64,000 bases of DNA from Eledone cirrhosa (taxonomy: Eukaryota): contig OZ024752.1 in assembly GCA_964016885.1 (NCBI GenBank), positions 47,926,001-47,990,000 on the forward strand, written 5' to 3'. Each line of letters starts with the position of its first letter. The first letter of the stretch is position 1. Both the position numbers and the translations under genes were made by a program. A model generated the notes under the pieces. It had not been told where the DNA came from. It was given only the letters and a program-made list of their open reading frames with translations, and did no database searches. Below, piece by piece: positions 41,298 to 54,728 of the stretch.

Positions 41298-43029
41298 AAT
41301 GAGGAGAATGCATGGGAAGAAGAGACCCTACCCCACGTAGACCCTATAGAGGGACCAGCAGTACAAGTCAGCGGCAGCGTAGTAAGTAAGGCAATCAGAG
41401 ATATGAAGATAGGGAAGGCAACCGGTCCATCGGGTATAGCTGCCGAGATGCTGAAGGCATCTGGGTCTGTAGGTCACACTATAACCACACGTATCGTTAA
41501 CCAGGTAATACTAGAGGGGGCCATACCAAAAGATTGGTGCAGTAGCATCATTGTCAACTGCTACAAAGGTAAAGGCGATGCACTAGATAGAGGAAACTAT
41601 AGAGGTATAAAGTTGATGGACCAGGTCATGAAAGTAACAGAAAGAGTTATAGCACAGCTGATTAGGGACCGGGTGAATATAGACGAGATGCAATTTGGGT
41701 TTGTTCCAGTGAAAGGCACCACTGATGCGCTCTTCCTTGTGAGGCAATTACAGGAAAAGTACCTAGTTAAAAGTAAGCCACTCTACTTGGCATTTGTCGA
41801 CCTTGAGAAAGCCTTTGACAGAGTTCCACGTGCAGTAATCTGGTGGGCTCTTAGAAAACTAGGAGTAGATGAATGGCTTGTGAAAGCGGTACAAGCCATG
41901 TATAGGGGAGCAGTCAGCAAAGTTAGGATTGGCAATGAGTATAGCGAGGAATTTAGCGTACAGGTTGGGGTCCACCAGGGCTCTGTTCTTAGCCCTCTCC
42001 TGTTCATCATAGTCCTGCAGGCAATAACGGAGGAGTTTAAGACCGGATGCCCATGGGAACTCCTGTATGCTGATGACCTCGCACTCATAGCTGAATCTAT
42101 GGTAGAACCCTGAGAATAAATTCCAAACCTGGAAGCAGGGACTAGAGAGAAAGGGCCTCAAAGTCAACATGACAAAGACTAAGGTCCTTATAAGTAGACG
42201 AGAAAACAGAACCCAGATCCCCTCAGGGAAATGGCCTTGCTCAGTATGTAGGAAAGGTGTAGGTAGGAACTCCATTCTTTGCCCCAAATGCAAACAATGG
42301 GTACACAAGAGATGTAGCGGGATCTCAGGAAGCTTAATTAAGAACGTAGGATTCACATGCAGCAGCTGTGCTGAAACAGCAAGCAAACAGCCACAGGAAA
42401 CAAGTACCACCAATCTCTGGGAGGGCCCTGTAGAAACAGTAGACAGCTTCTGCTACCTAGGTGACCGAATTAGCAACGGAGGTGGGTGCTCAGAAAGTAC
42501 AATAACTAGGGTAAGAACGGGATGGAAGAAGTTTAGGGAACTACTACCACTGCTAGCTGCAAAAGGCTTCTCCCTCAGAATGAAAGGCAGACTGTATGAT
42601 GCGTGTATCCGAACAGCGATGTTGCATGGTAGTGAGACCTGGGCGCTGAAGGTGGAAGACTTACGTAGATTAGAGAGAAACGAAGCCTGCATGCTCCGAT
42701 GGATGTGTAACAGTAATATACGTGAACGACAAAGCATAAATGAATTGAGAGAGAGACTGAGCATAAGAGGAATCAAATGCTGCGTGCAGGAGAGGCGGTT
42801 ACGCTGGTATGGACATGTGATGCGTATGAAGGATGACAGCTGCATAAAAAGGTGCAGAGCACTAGAAGTTGATGGAAACCGCGGAGTGGGGAGACCCAAG
42901 ATGACTTGGGATGAGGTGATAAAAGCCGACCTTACCCAACTACACCTCTCAAAGTCAATGACACACGACCGTGACTTCTGGCGTCACGCAGTAATACAGG
43001 GTACCCGACCTCCCATGGGTACATGCTGA
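41298..43029 (+). pseudogene. RTE reverse transcriptase ORF (truncated, one +1 frameshift near 42110)
   Basis: NYRGIKL, QFGF, AFVDLEKAFDRV, GVHQGSVLSP, LYADD, YLG, LHGSETW, RRLRWYGHVMR and GRPKMTW motifs across ORFs 41403-42113 and 42169-43029. Confidence 0.95.
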
Positions 43030-43337
43030 AGCATATAAACAATATGCCCCCCCCCCCCCCACCGCAAGGTGGTCGTGGAGGTGCCACGGCAAAAAAGCAC
43101 CCAGCCCACACTGTAAAGTGGACGTGTAGGCGCCACGAAAAAGCACCCAGCACTCACTGTAAATGAGGTTGGTGTTAGGAAGGGCATCCAGCTGTAGAAA
43201 TCAAGCCAGATCAGTTCCTGTATGAGCAAGGCATGGTCAGCCGACCAGACACTGCCCACAACAGGACAACCCGTCTAACCCATGCTAGCGTGGAAGAACG
43301 GACGTAAAACGGTGATGATGATGATGATGATGATGAT
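41298..43337 (+). mobile_element. 5'-truncated RTE-clade LINE
   Basis: RT coding region, 3' UTR 43030-43315 and (GAT)n tail. The endonuclease domain is missing. Confidence 0.95.
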
Positions 43338-43473
43338 TGAGTGAGCTAGATGGTGGCTGGAGACCATTGAATCAATACCAGCAGTCTTTGTTGATTTTCT
43401 AATATATATATATATATATCATCATCATCATTGTTTAACATCTATCTTCCACGCTAGCATGGGTTTAGACGGG

Positions 43474-43514
<41 letters not shown>

Positions 43515-43578
43515 GTGCCACAACATCCAGGCCGAAACAAATGAGATTGTGTAGGTGTCACGACAAAAAAAAAAAAAC

Positions 43579-44145
43579 ACAGTCCACGCTGTAATGTGGC
43601 CGTGTAGGCAACACGGTAAAAACCTCCCAGTCCCACGCTGTAAATGTGGTTGGTGTTAGGAAGGGCATCTAGCTGTAGAAAACCCGCCAGACAGTCCACG
43701 CTGTAATGTGGCCGTGTAGGCAACACGGTAAAAACCTCCCAGTCCCACACTGTAAATGTGGTTGGTGTTAGGAAGGGCATCCAGCTGTAGAAAACCCGCC
43801 AGACAGTCCACGCTGTAATGTGGCCGTGTAGGCAACACGGTAAAAACCTCCCAGTCCCACACTGTAAATGTGGTTGGTGTTAGGAAGGGCATCCAGCTGT
43901 AGAAAACCCGCCAGACAGTCCACGCTGTAATGTGGCCACGTAGGCAACACGGTAAAAACCTCCCAGTCCCGCACTGTAAATGTGGTTGATGTTCGGAAGG
44001 GCATCCAGCTGTAGAAAACCCGCCAGACAGTCCACACTGTAATGTGGCCGTGTAGGCAACACGGTAAAAACTTCCCAGTCCCACACTGTAAATGTGGTTG
44101 GTGTTAGGAAGGGCATCCAGCTGTAGAAAACCCGCCAGACAGTCC
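43579..44145. repeat. 112-bp tandem array (5 units) inside an RTE-tailed element
   Basis: ACAGTCC recurs at 43579, 43691, 43803, 43915, 44027 and 44139. Confidence 0.95.
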
Positions 44146-44316
44146 TATGCGAGCAAGACAACCACTCTTGCCTCAAGTGGGAAAACTCCCGTCCAAACCC
44201 ATGCAAGCGTGGAATGTGGACGTTAAACGATGATGATGATGATGATGATGATGATATATCATCATCATCATTGTTTAACATCTATCTTCCACGCTAGCAT
44301 GGGTTTAGACGGGCAA

Positions 44317-44389
<73 letters not shown>

Positions 44390-44407
44390 TACAACAGTGA
44401 CATAAAC

Positions 44408-44452
44408 ACGTACTCAAGTTTCATTGGGATCTGAGCATCAATTTCTTCAGCC
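44408..44452 (-). ncRNA. Minimal hammerhead candidate in a 5'-inverted (TA)n insert (44381-44546)
   Basis: CUGAAGA-A-AUUG...CAAU-GAAA-CUUGAG-UA. The plus-strand half ends with CTGAGTGCTC. Confidence 0.55.
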
Positions 44453-44577
44453 CGTCATGAGAAAAATTAAAAAAACAGAGAACTAAACTTGTCCTATGGA
44501 CTGAGTGCTCTTACTCTTGGATATTTCTACTTAACTTTTACTTCAGTATATATATATGTATGTATGTATGTATATGT

Positions 44578-44908
44578 ATCATCATTTCATTTTACGTCCG
44601 CTTTTTCCCTGCTTGCAAGGGTGGGACGGGAACTGATTCTGGCTTGATTTCTACAGCTGGATGCCCTTCCTAACACCAACAGTGAGTGCTGGGTGCTTTT
44701 TTTTTTGCCGTGGCACCTCCACGAACACTTTGCAGTGGAATGATAGGGACCCCAGTCCCTATCATCTCATTTCTACAGCTGAGTAAACTGGAGCAATGTG
44801 AAATAAAGTGTCTTGCTCAAGGAAACAACACATCACCCGGTCTGAGAATTGAACTCACAACCTTTCGATTGCAAGGCCAATGCTGTAACTACTAAGCCAT
44901 GTGCCTCC

Positions 44909-44909
<1 letters not shown>
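44578..44909 (-). mobile_element. Full-length SINE S2
   Basis: Homologous to 23820-24168. Confidence 0.9.
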
Positions 44910-44942
<33 letters not shown>

Positions 44943-45449
44943 CCTTTCCATGCAGTGTGTCCCCAGTTTAAAATAAGTGCAACACATCTGTGTAGGCTGT
45001 AAAAGGCCACTAAAAGGGATGGTGCCAGGAAGGAGGACCTAAGGTCATAAGAATAAACTCATGGTAAGTGTGAAGCCTATGATGTCAATTTTAAGGCTAT
45101 TTTCTCCTGCCATAGCAGGGACAATAGCCTTAAAACACTTGTTGTTTGTGCCTTTCCCAGTCGCCCCCCAAATCCAACTAGACTTTCAATTGTAAACACA
45201 ACCCAGTTATAAAGTAAACTGAAACAAACAGAGTTATACGTCTTGCCTAAGGGTACACAATACAATGGCTGCAGTAAAAATATGAATTATGACTGTCTAT
45301 TTTCTGGTCTGATAAAAACAGGCTTAACTATTTCTTCATAGTTGAGTGGGTAGTGATAACATGAGCGGCATCTGGCTCCAAAATAACAATTACCTCAATG
45401 GAAAAACAAAACAAGTGTATATTACCAATATATATATATATGGCGACAT

Positions 45450-45495
<46 letters not shown>

Positions 45496-45616
45496 TGACA
45501 TACATACACACATTTATACATATAGATATATAGATACACACACACACATATATACACACATATACATACATATATATACACACTTATACATATATATATA
45601 TATACACACATATACA

Positions 45617-45648
<32 letters not shown>

Positions 45649-45700
45649 GATATACATACAACATATACATACATATATACACACATATACATACATATAT

Positions 45701-45731
<31 letters not shown>

Positions 45732-45827
45732 CATATATACACACATATACATACAACATATACCTACACATATATATATTCATACATGCATACATACATA
45801 CAACATATACATACATACATACATACA

Positions 45828-45859
<32 letters not shown>

Positions 45860-46212
45860 CTAACTATGGGCATTGCATGTATATATATGTATGCATGGAT
45901 GCCTGTATATGAGTATGTATATGTTTATGTGTGAATGTCTGTGTGTGTATGTACGCTTGTGTGTCTTTGCAGGAGTGTGGTATCGCATAGTTGACTAATC
46001 AGTAGAAAGGTTTCTACAAAACAACAACAACAACAACACCACCAACAACAACAACAACACCACCACCACCAACAACAACAAAGAAAAAAGAAAATGAAAT
46101 AAATTTGAGTTTGCATATCGCTAATTGTATAAATTTAGAAAACAATGCAGCCTACATGCTAAACCTGGGATCCTCATAATTTATGGTTTTTCGTTCCAAT
46201 TCTCTTAGAGGT

Positions 46213-46980
46213 CATCACCACCACCATCACCAGCATCAGCACCACCACTAGCACCACCACCACCACCACCACCACCATCACCACCACCATCACCACCATC
46301 ATCACCATCACCATCACCATCACCACTAGCACCACCACCACCACCACCACCACCATCACCACCACCATCACCACCATCATTACCTCCATCACCATCACCA
46401 TCACCACTAGCACCACCACCACCACCACCACCACCATCACCACCATCATTACCTCCATCACCATCACCATCACCACTAGCACCACCACCATCATCATCAT
46501 CACCACCACCATCACCACCACCACCACCATCACCACCATCATCACAACCATCAGCACCACCACCACCAGCACCACCATCACCACCACCACCATCACCACC
46601 ACCACCACCATCACCACCATCATCACAACCATCAGCACCACCACCACCAGCACCACCATCACCACCACCACCATCACCACCACCACCACCATCACCACCA
46701 TCATCACAACCATCAGCACCACCACCACCAGCACCACCATCACCACCACCACCACCATCACCACCATCATCACAACCATCAGCACCACCACCATCAGCAC
46801 CACCATCACCACCACCACCATCACCACTAGCACCACCACCACCAGTACCATCACCATCACCACCATCACCATCCCCACCACCACCACCACCAGCACCACC
46901 ACAACCATCACCATCACCATCATTACCATCATCACCACCACCACCACCACCACCACCACCACCACCACCACCACCACCAT
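46213..46980. repeat. (CAC/CAT)n trinucleotide tract
   Basis: Directly visible. Confidence 0.95.
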
Positions 46981-47098
46981 TACTGCAGTAGAAATGATAG
47001 TAGCTGCTATTAGCAATAAAGATGATGATGATTGTGGTGGTGATTGTGAAAACAGCAATGATGGCTAAGGTGAAGATGACAGCAGCAGTGTCTTACTA

Positions 47099-48071
47099 AT
47101 GATGACTATGATGGTGATGATGATGGTGACTATGATGGTGATGGTGACTATGATGATGGTGATGACGATGGTGATGATGGTGATGACGATGGTGATGATG
47201 GTGATGACTATGATGGTGATGGTGATGACTATGATGGTGATGATGACTATGATGGTGATGACTATGATGATAATGACTATGACGACTATGATGGTGATGA
47301 CTATGATGATGATGATGACTATGACTATGATGACTATGATGGTGATGACTGATGACTATGATGATGATGACTATGACTATGATGATGATGACTATGATGA
47401 TGATGATGGTGATGACTATGACTATGATGACTATGATGACTATGACTATGATGACTATGATGATGATGACTATGACTATGATGACTATGATGGTGATGAT
47501 GACTATGACTATGATGACTATGATGGTGATGACTGATGACTATGATGATGATGACTATGACTATGATGATGATGACTATGATGACTATGATGGTGATGAC
47601 TATGACTATGATGACTATGATGACTATGACTATGATGATGATGACTATGATGACTATGATGATGATGATGGTGATGACTATGATGACTATGATGACTATG
47701 ACTATGATGACTATGATGGTGATGACTATGACTATGATGATGGTGATGATGATGACTATGATGACTATGATGGTGATGATGACTATGATGGTGATGACTA
47801 TGATGATAATGACTATGACGACTATGATGGTGATGACTATGACTATGATGACAATGATGACTATGATGACTATGATGGTGATGACTATGACTATGATGAC
47901 TATGACGATGATGACTATGACTATGATGACTATGATGACTATGATGACTATGATGACTATCATGACTATGATGACTATCATGACTATCATGACTATCATG
48001 ACTATGACTATGATGACTATGATGACTATGATGGTGATGACTATGACTATGATGACTATGATGGTGATGGT
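47099..48071. repeat. (GAT/GAC/TAT/GGT)n trinucleotide minisatellite
   Basis: Visible, with frame-shifting indels at ~47350 and ~47534. Confidence 0.95.
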
Positions 48072-48230
48072 AAACTTTTATGATCAATCACATTTCCTGA
48101 CTAGATTCTTGCTTTTTTGAAAAAAAAAAAAAGTGAAAAGTTGAAAATATATAAAACAAAAGAAGAAGGAAGAAAGCAAGAAAGAAAGAAAGAAGAGGAA
48201 AAAGACGAGAGAAGATAGAAGAAGAAGAAG

Positions 48231-48261
<31 letters not shown>

Positions 48262-48604
48262 GTGTTATTTTAGATATTACTGATCCATTATAGGTTCAAT
48301 TGAATTTCAAAGGAAAATCAAAAGTTTGTACCCAGGAAAGGAGAGAAAATGGAAGTTATTTGAAGCATAGAAAATTTGACTTCTTGTTAAAAAGGGAGCA
48401 AATACAAACAAACAGCTATATATATATATGTGTATGTGTGTATGTGTGTATGTGTGTGTGTATATGTATATGTGTGTATGTGTGTAAGTGTGTGTGTATA
48501 TATATGTATGTGTGTGTGTATATATATATATGTATGTGTATATATATATATATATATATGTATGTGTATATATGTATGTATGTATGTATGTGTATATATA
48601 TATG

Positions 48605-48643
<39 letters not shown>

Positions 48644-48726
48644 ATATATGTATGTATATATATATATGTATGTGTATATATGTATATATATATATACACA
48701 TATATATATATATGTGTGTATATATG

Positions 48727-48757
<31 letters not shown>

Positions 48758-48764
48758 ATATATG

Positions 48765-48803
<39 letters not shown>

Positions 48804-50283
48804 ATATATGTATATATATTTTTGTGGTGTGTATTATGAAGAAAAGGATGTGATAGAGAGAGGGGAGAAGAGGAAAGTGAGATTAGAAGTTATATGAAGA
48901 TGTGGAAGAGAGGGGGGGGGGTGAAAGGAAGGATAAGGGATAGTGTGAGACAGGGGGAAGATAAAGGAGAAGAAAAGAGAGAAGAGAGATGGGGAATAGT
49001 GGTGTGAGTGATAGACAATGAGACACAGAGTAAGTAGAGAGAGGGGGAGGTAAGTGTGAGAGATTCATAGAGAGGAGGGGGTTAGCTAGAGAGAGAGAGG
49101 GGAGGTAAGTGTGAGAGATTCAGGGAGGGGAGGGCTAGCTAGAGAGAGGGGAGGTAAGTGTGAGAGATTCGGGGGGGGGGGGGGGGTAGAGAGAAAGAGG
49201 TAATCATACAAAGAGGGGGGGGGGGGATTCAGAGATGAGAGTTAGGAGGAGGGTCGGTATGTATGTGAGAGAATCGTAGGAAGAGGGAGCGGAGGGAGAT
49301 AGATAGATAGACAAACAGACAGAGAAGGGGGGGGGGGCAGGAGGAGGAGGGAGAGTTAGAACGAGAGAAAGAATGTGAGAGAGTGAGTGAGAGAGAGAGG
49401 GAGAGAGAGGAGAGGGAGAGAGAGGGAGAGAGAGGAGAGGGAGAGAGAGACAGAGAGAGAAAGAGACAGAGGGAGAGAAAGAGAGAGAAAGAGGGAGAAA
49501 GAGAGAGAGAGAGAGAGGGAGAGAAAGAGAGAGAAAGAGAGAGAGGGGGGCAAGAGAAGGAGGGAATGTTAGAACGAGAGAAAGAATGTGAGAGAGACAG
49601 AGAGAGAGAGAGAAAGAGGGGGAAAGAGAGAGAGAGGAAGAGACAGAGAGGGGGAGAGAAGAGAGAAGAGGAAGGAGGAAGAGGGAGAGAGAGAGAGAGA
49701 GACAGAGACAGACAGAGAGAAGGAGAGAAAGAGGGAGAAAGAGAGAGGAGAGGGAGAGAGTGAGAAATAGAGAGAGGGGAAGAGACAGAGAGAGAGAGAG
49801 AGGAAGAGAGACAGACAGAGAGAGAGAGGAAGAGACACAGAGCGAGAGAGAGAGGGGGGGAGACAGAAAGAGGGACCATTTTGAAAAGCTGAATCCAAGT
49901 GAAATTCTATTTCCTTTCATGTGTAACTAACACAAACAATTTTTCATTGACAATCAAACAAAAACAGTTACTTTAAATTATCATCTCCATGTTGGATAAT
50001 TTACATAATTTAAAAAATCAAAATAAAAAAAATTAGTAAAAAAAAATTTATTTTTTCAACAAAAATAAACTACCCCCTACCCCTGCCTGAGAAAAAAAAT
50101 TCACACAAAAAAAAAAAATTAATAAATTTTTCACTTTCAATTTTAAATTAAAATACGTCTATATATATATATATATATATATACGTACATATGTGAGTGT
50201 ATGTATATATATTGATCTCTTTCTCTCTCGCTCTCTCTTTATATATAGATATATACATACATATGTGTGTGGTGTGTGTGTGT

Positions 50284-50334
<51 letters not shown>

Positions 50335-50488
50335 TACATATACATATATATATGCGTGTGTGTATATACATATATATATATATATGTGTGTACATATGTG
50401 AGTGTATGTATATATATTGATCTCTTTCTCTCTCTCTTTATATATAGATATATACAAACGTGTGTGTGTGTGTGTGGATATATATATA

Positions 50489-50525
<37 letters not shown>

Positions 50526-50564
50526 TACATATACATATATATATATGTGTGTGTGTGTGTATGG

Positions 50565-50620
<56 letters not shown>

Positions 50621-51059
50621 AGGTAAATATACATATATATATACATATATATATGTACATATAGGTACATATACATATACATATACATACATATACATAT
50701 ATATATATATGTACATATAGGTACATATACATACATATACATATATGTGTGTACATATAGGTACATATACATATACACACATATATGTGTGTGTGTGTGT
50801 ATATGCATGTGTGTGTGAAAAAGTATAATAAAAATAAAATTTATAATAAATAGACAAATAGATAAAATAAAATAGATATATAAAAATAAATAAATAAAGA
50901 AAGCTTTTCAAGTGTGAAAGAAGAGAGGGGTTGGGGAGGTGTGTATATATTGTGTAAGGGAAGAAGAGGAGGAGGAAGAGGACATTGCATAAAGTATATA
51001 CTGAGACAGGCAGGGAGGGGGAGGAGGGAGGGGAGTCAGATTGATAGAGAGAGGAGAGG

Positions 51060-51090
<31 letters not shown>

Positions 51091-51954
51091 GTGGGGAGAC
51101 AGAAAGCGAGGGAGAGAGATATAGGTAGACAGATAGGGAGGGAGAGAGAGAGAGAAAGAGAGAGACAGACAGAGAAAGGCAGAGGCGAGGGAGACAGAGA
51201 GAAAGAGTGAGAGAGAGTGAGAGGGGGAGGGCTGAAAGCGAGAGAGAGAGATATAGGTAGACAGATAGGGAGGGAGAGAGAGAGAAAGAGAGAGAGACAG
51301 ACAGAGAAAGGCAGAGACGAGGGAGACACAAAGAGAGAGAGAGAGAGTGTGAGAGGGGGACAAGAGAGAGAGTGAGAGGGGGACGAGAGAGTGAGAGGGG
51401 GACAAGAGAGAGAGTGAGTGAGAGGGGGACAAGAGAGAGAGTGAGTGAGAGGGGGACAAGAGAGAGAGTGAGTGAGAGGAGGACAAGAGAGAGAGAGAGA
51501 GAGTGAGAGGGGGACAAGAGAGAGAGTGAGTGAGAGGGGGACAAGAGAGAGAGTGAGTGAGAGGAGGACAAGAGAGAGAGAGTGAGAGGGGGACAAGAGA
51601 GAGAGGGAATTACATTTTCACAGTTAAAATTCAAACTCTTATCCATGGTATCTCACCTCTTCAATTCAACACAACTCCTTACTCTCCCAATCCAAACTTT
51701 ATTTCTTCTTTACCTCTTTCACCCTCATAGCCCCTGCACCCAGCACCCACCTCACCTCCCAACACCACCTCCGACACCGCTACCGACGACACCACCTCCG
51801 ACACCACCACCATGCCAACGCTGCGGATCCGATGACTTTTTAACTCTTTTCGTTAAACCAACCAACCAACTACCATCAACCCTCCCTCTCCCCTGCTCCC
51901 CCTAGATCCACCCCCACACCGCACACTGCTCTTAGGTCTACGTTATTATCCTAC

Positions 51955-52101
51955 CCAGCCAGCGTTGTGTTATGTTGTTGTCTCAGCTTCTTCTTCTAAG
52001 CAATGATGAGTGCCACCACAGCACGGTCGGAGAAGTATTCCATTTATCTTAACTTTGTTCTCACTCAGTACTTTAGAAGAGAAAGTTTGCCCTTCAAGTC
52101 A
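51955..52101 (-). other. Candidate non-coding (5' UTR) exon
   Basis: A long polypyrimidine tract ending cttccacag, possible donor gtagga, and only a short uORF (MEYFSDRAVVALIIA*). Confidence 0.25.
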
Positions 52102-52131
52102 CTGTGGAAGAAGGAGGAGGGGAAGAAAGGA

Positions 52132-52179
<48 letters not shown>

Positions 52180-52677
52180 AAGAATGAAAGTAAAAAGGAA
52201 AGAAAGAGAGGGATAGAAAGGGAGAAAGAAAGAAATAACGAGAGAAAAGAAAAAAAGAAAGAAAAGCGAAAGAAAGAATAGAGAAAGAAAAAATAAAGAA
52301 AGAAAGAAAGAAAGAAAAGAAAGAAAGGAGAAAGAAAGAAAGAGATAGAGACAAAGAGAGAAAGAAAGGAAAGGAAGAAAGAAAGAAAGAAAAGAAAGAA
52401 AAGAGAGAAAGAAAGAAAGAAAGAAAAGAGGAAAAAAGAAAGAAAGAAAGCTAGAAAAGAAGACACAGTCACCACCACCAGAGACAGCACACATCAAGCA
52501 GGAATTTCCTCAGATAACATAACACAAAAGTACAAGAGAGAACACCTCCAGTACTTCATATTATACTTGGTCTGATTTGTTGTTGTTTGGTTTATTTTAT
52601 TTAAAAAAAAATTTTTTTTTTTTTTTTTTTTCAAAAATGGATTTTTCAAAACATATCATGTTAGATAGATAGAGGAA

Positions 52678-53021
52678 GGTGGTGGTGGTGGTGAGAGTGA
52701 TGATGGTGGTGGTGATGGTGGTGGTAGTGGTGGTAGTAGTAGTAGCAGTAGAGGTAGTAGTAGCAGCAGCAGTACTAGTAGTAGCGGTAGTAGTAGTAGT
52801 GGTGGTGAGAGTGATGATGGTGGTGGTGATGGTGGTGGTAGTGGTGGTGGTGGTAGTAGTAGTAGTAGTAGCAGTAGAGGTAGTAGTAGCAGCAGCAGCA
52901 GTACTAGTAGTAGTACTGGTAGTAGTAATAGTAGCAGCAGTACTAGTAGTAGCGGTAGTAGTAGTAGTGGTGGTGGTGGTGGTGGTGGTGATGGTGGTGG
53001 TGGTGGTGATGGTAGTGGTGA

Positions 53022-53053
<32 letters not shown>

Positions 53054-53119
53054 GCAGTAGAGGTAGTAGTAGCAGCAGCAGTACTAGTAGTAGTACTGGT
53101 AGTAGTAATAGTAGTAGCG

Positions 53120-53166
<47 letters not shown>
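52678..53166. repeat. (GTA/GTG/GCA)n tract
   Basis: Directly visible. Confidence 0.95.
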
Positions 53167-53167
<1 letters not shown>

Positions 53168-53304
53168 TCAGCAGTAGCAGCTACAATAGGTTAGAAGTGT
53201 GCTAAGATGGATGTGCGACATAATTCTAGTATAATTTCCTTAGAAGTTTTTTTTGTATAAATAAATAAAATCAAGTGAAATAAAACAAATTTCAAGAGAA
53301 TGGG

Positions 53305-53335
<31 letters not shown>

Positions 53336-54427
53336 TAGTAGTAGTAGTAGTCATAGTTGGGATGATGACTGTGGTAGAAGGATATGACAACAATATACAC
53401 AGCAGCCATGGTTGTGTGTAAAAACAACAACACATTTTACAACTATGTCTACTATATTTCAACTATAGCTTTACGGGTGAAATTTGGTAGACAGATACAA
53501 TGCAGAAGCCTCATTATCAATATTTTCATGTCGACTTTTTCCATATTTGCATGGGCTGGCATGAGACATCTTGAGGCAGATTTTATATAGAAGCCCAGCA
53601 GAGGAATGTGGGTAATTTGCGGATAAGAGAGACTCTTCTCATAAACAGGCATAAACCAGACATTACCAATAGATCTGAGCTAAATGCAGTAGAGTGTCTG
53701 TTGTGAATGATCTATGCATGTCATATTAGCACCAACAGTCAATCACACAAGAAAGAAATAGCTCATTCAAATTTTATTCATTGTCCCTTTGACAAAGTGG
53801 TTCTAAACTTGAAATATCATGAATTTTAGGGTAAAAAAACTATGGTTTTGCTTTTTAATTCGTTTTTTTTTTTACCCTACTCTAGTTCCACCATTATATT
53901 TCCCATTTGAAGTTCTGATTTATTTTTTTGATGGTCCTATTTGCTTATTTACTTATATACATGCTTTGTAAAAGAAAGTGGAATTTGTTAGACAGAAACT
54001 GCATGGAAGCCCATTATATATATATATATGTTTGTGTGTGTGTTTCTTCAAACAACAACCACAACAACAACACAAGCATTTTAACCCTTTAGATACCAAC
54101 CTGCCTGAAACTGTCTCTAGTTCTATAATTTAAAAAAAAAAAAATGTTTGTCTTAAAGTTTTCATGATTAAGTTTTAAGCTTCCATCATAATTCTTAATA
54201 ATTTATATTCTTAGCAACAACTTGATTAGGGGAAAATTAGTCTTTTTACTAATCCCCTCAAAGTTTTAGGGTCAACACCATTTTCCCAGGTAAAGTAAAG
54301 GTTAATTAAATGTGTGGGCTCAATGATAAATCTATCCATTTTTCCCTGTCATTTGCATCCCTTCTTACCTATCATATTTTTCTATATCAATATAGTCTCT
54401 TATGATCACATTATTCAATTTGTCTCT

Positions 54428-54728
54428 CTAACCCTTTAACATTTACATTACTCTATATTTACTATTATATATTCATGGTAAAGGCTTTACCTAACATAAT
54501 TATCTCACATAATATCTCACATAGCATTTACATTACTCTATATTTACTATTATATATTCATGGTTAAGGCTTTACCTCACGTAATATCAAATCTATGAGA
54601 TTTTGATAATATCTATTTTGAGAACAATACCTTAACATCAGTATGAGCGGCCGGTTACAACGAGTTTGAACAGAAAGAGGTGAGAGAATTCTAGCTGGAT
54701 ACAGCTGGTTTAAATGTTAAAGGGTTAA
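54428..54728 (-). mobile_element. piggyBac-like MITE M1
   Basis: Reverse-complement homologue of 900-1119 with an internal duplication; ends AAAGGGTTAA. Confidence 0.8.

Noticed and set aside
41783-42899. Antisense ORFs overlapping the RTE RT
   Set aside because: Shadow frames of the LINE coding strand with no recognisable motifs.
43579-44145. Possible CRISPR-like or repeat-protein locus
   Set aside because: The units are contiguous near-identical 112-mers derived from a retroelement, with no spacers.
46174-47058. Val/Met-rich 294-aa ORF (poly-His/Thr on the other strand)
   Set aside because: (CAC/CAT)n microsatellite. The same applies to 22.3-22.7, 52.7-53.2 and 56.2-56.8 kb.
47099-48120. 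Asp/Tyr-rich or His/Ser-rich ORFs resembling biomineral or beak proteins
   Set aside because: Pure trinucleotide repeat with frame-breaking indels, no signal peptide and no clear splice context.
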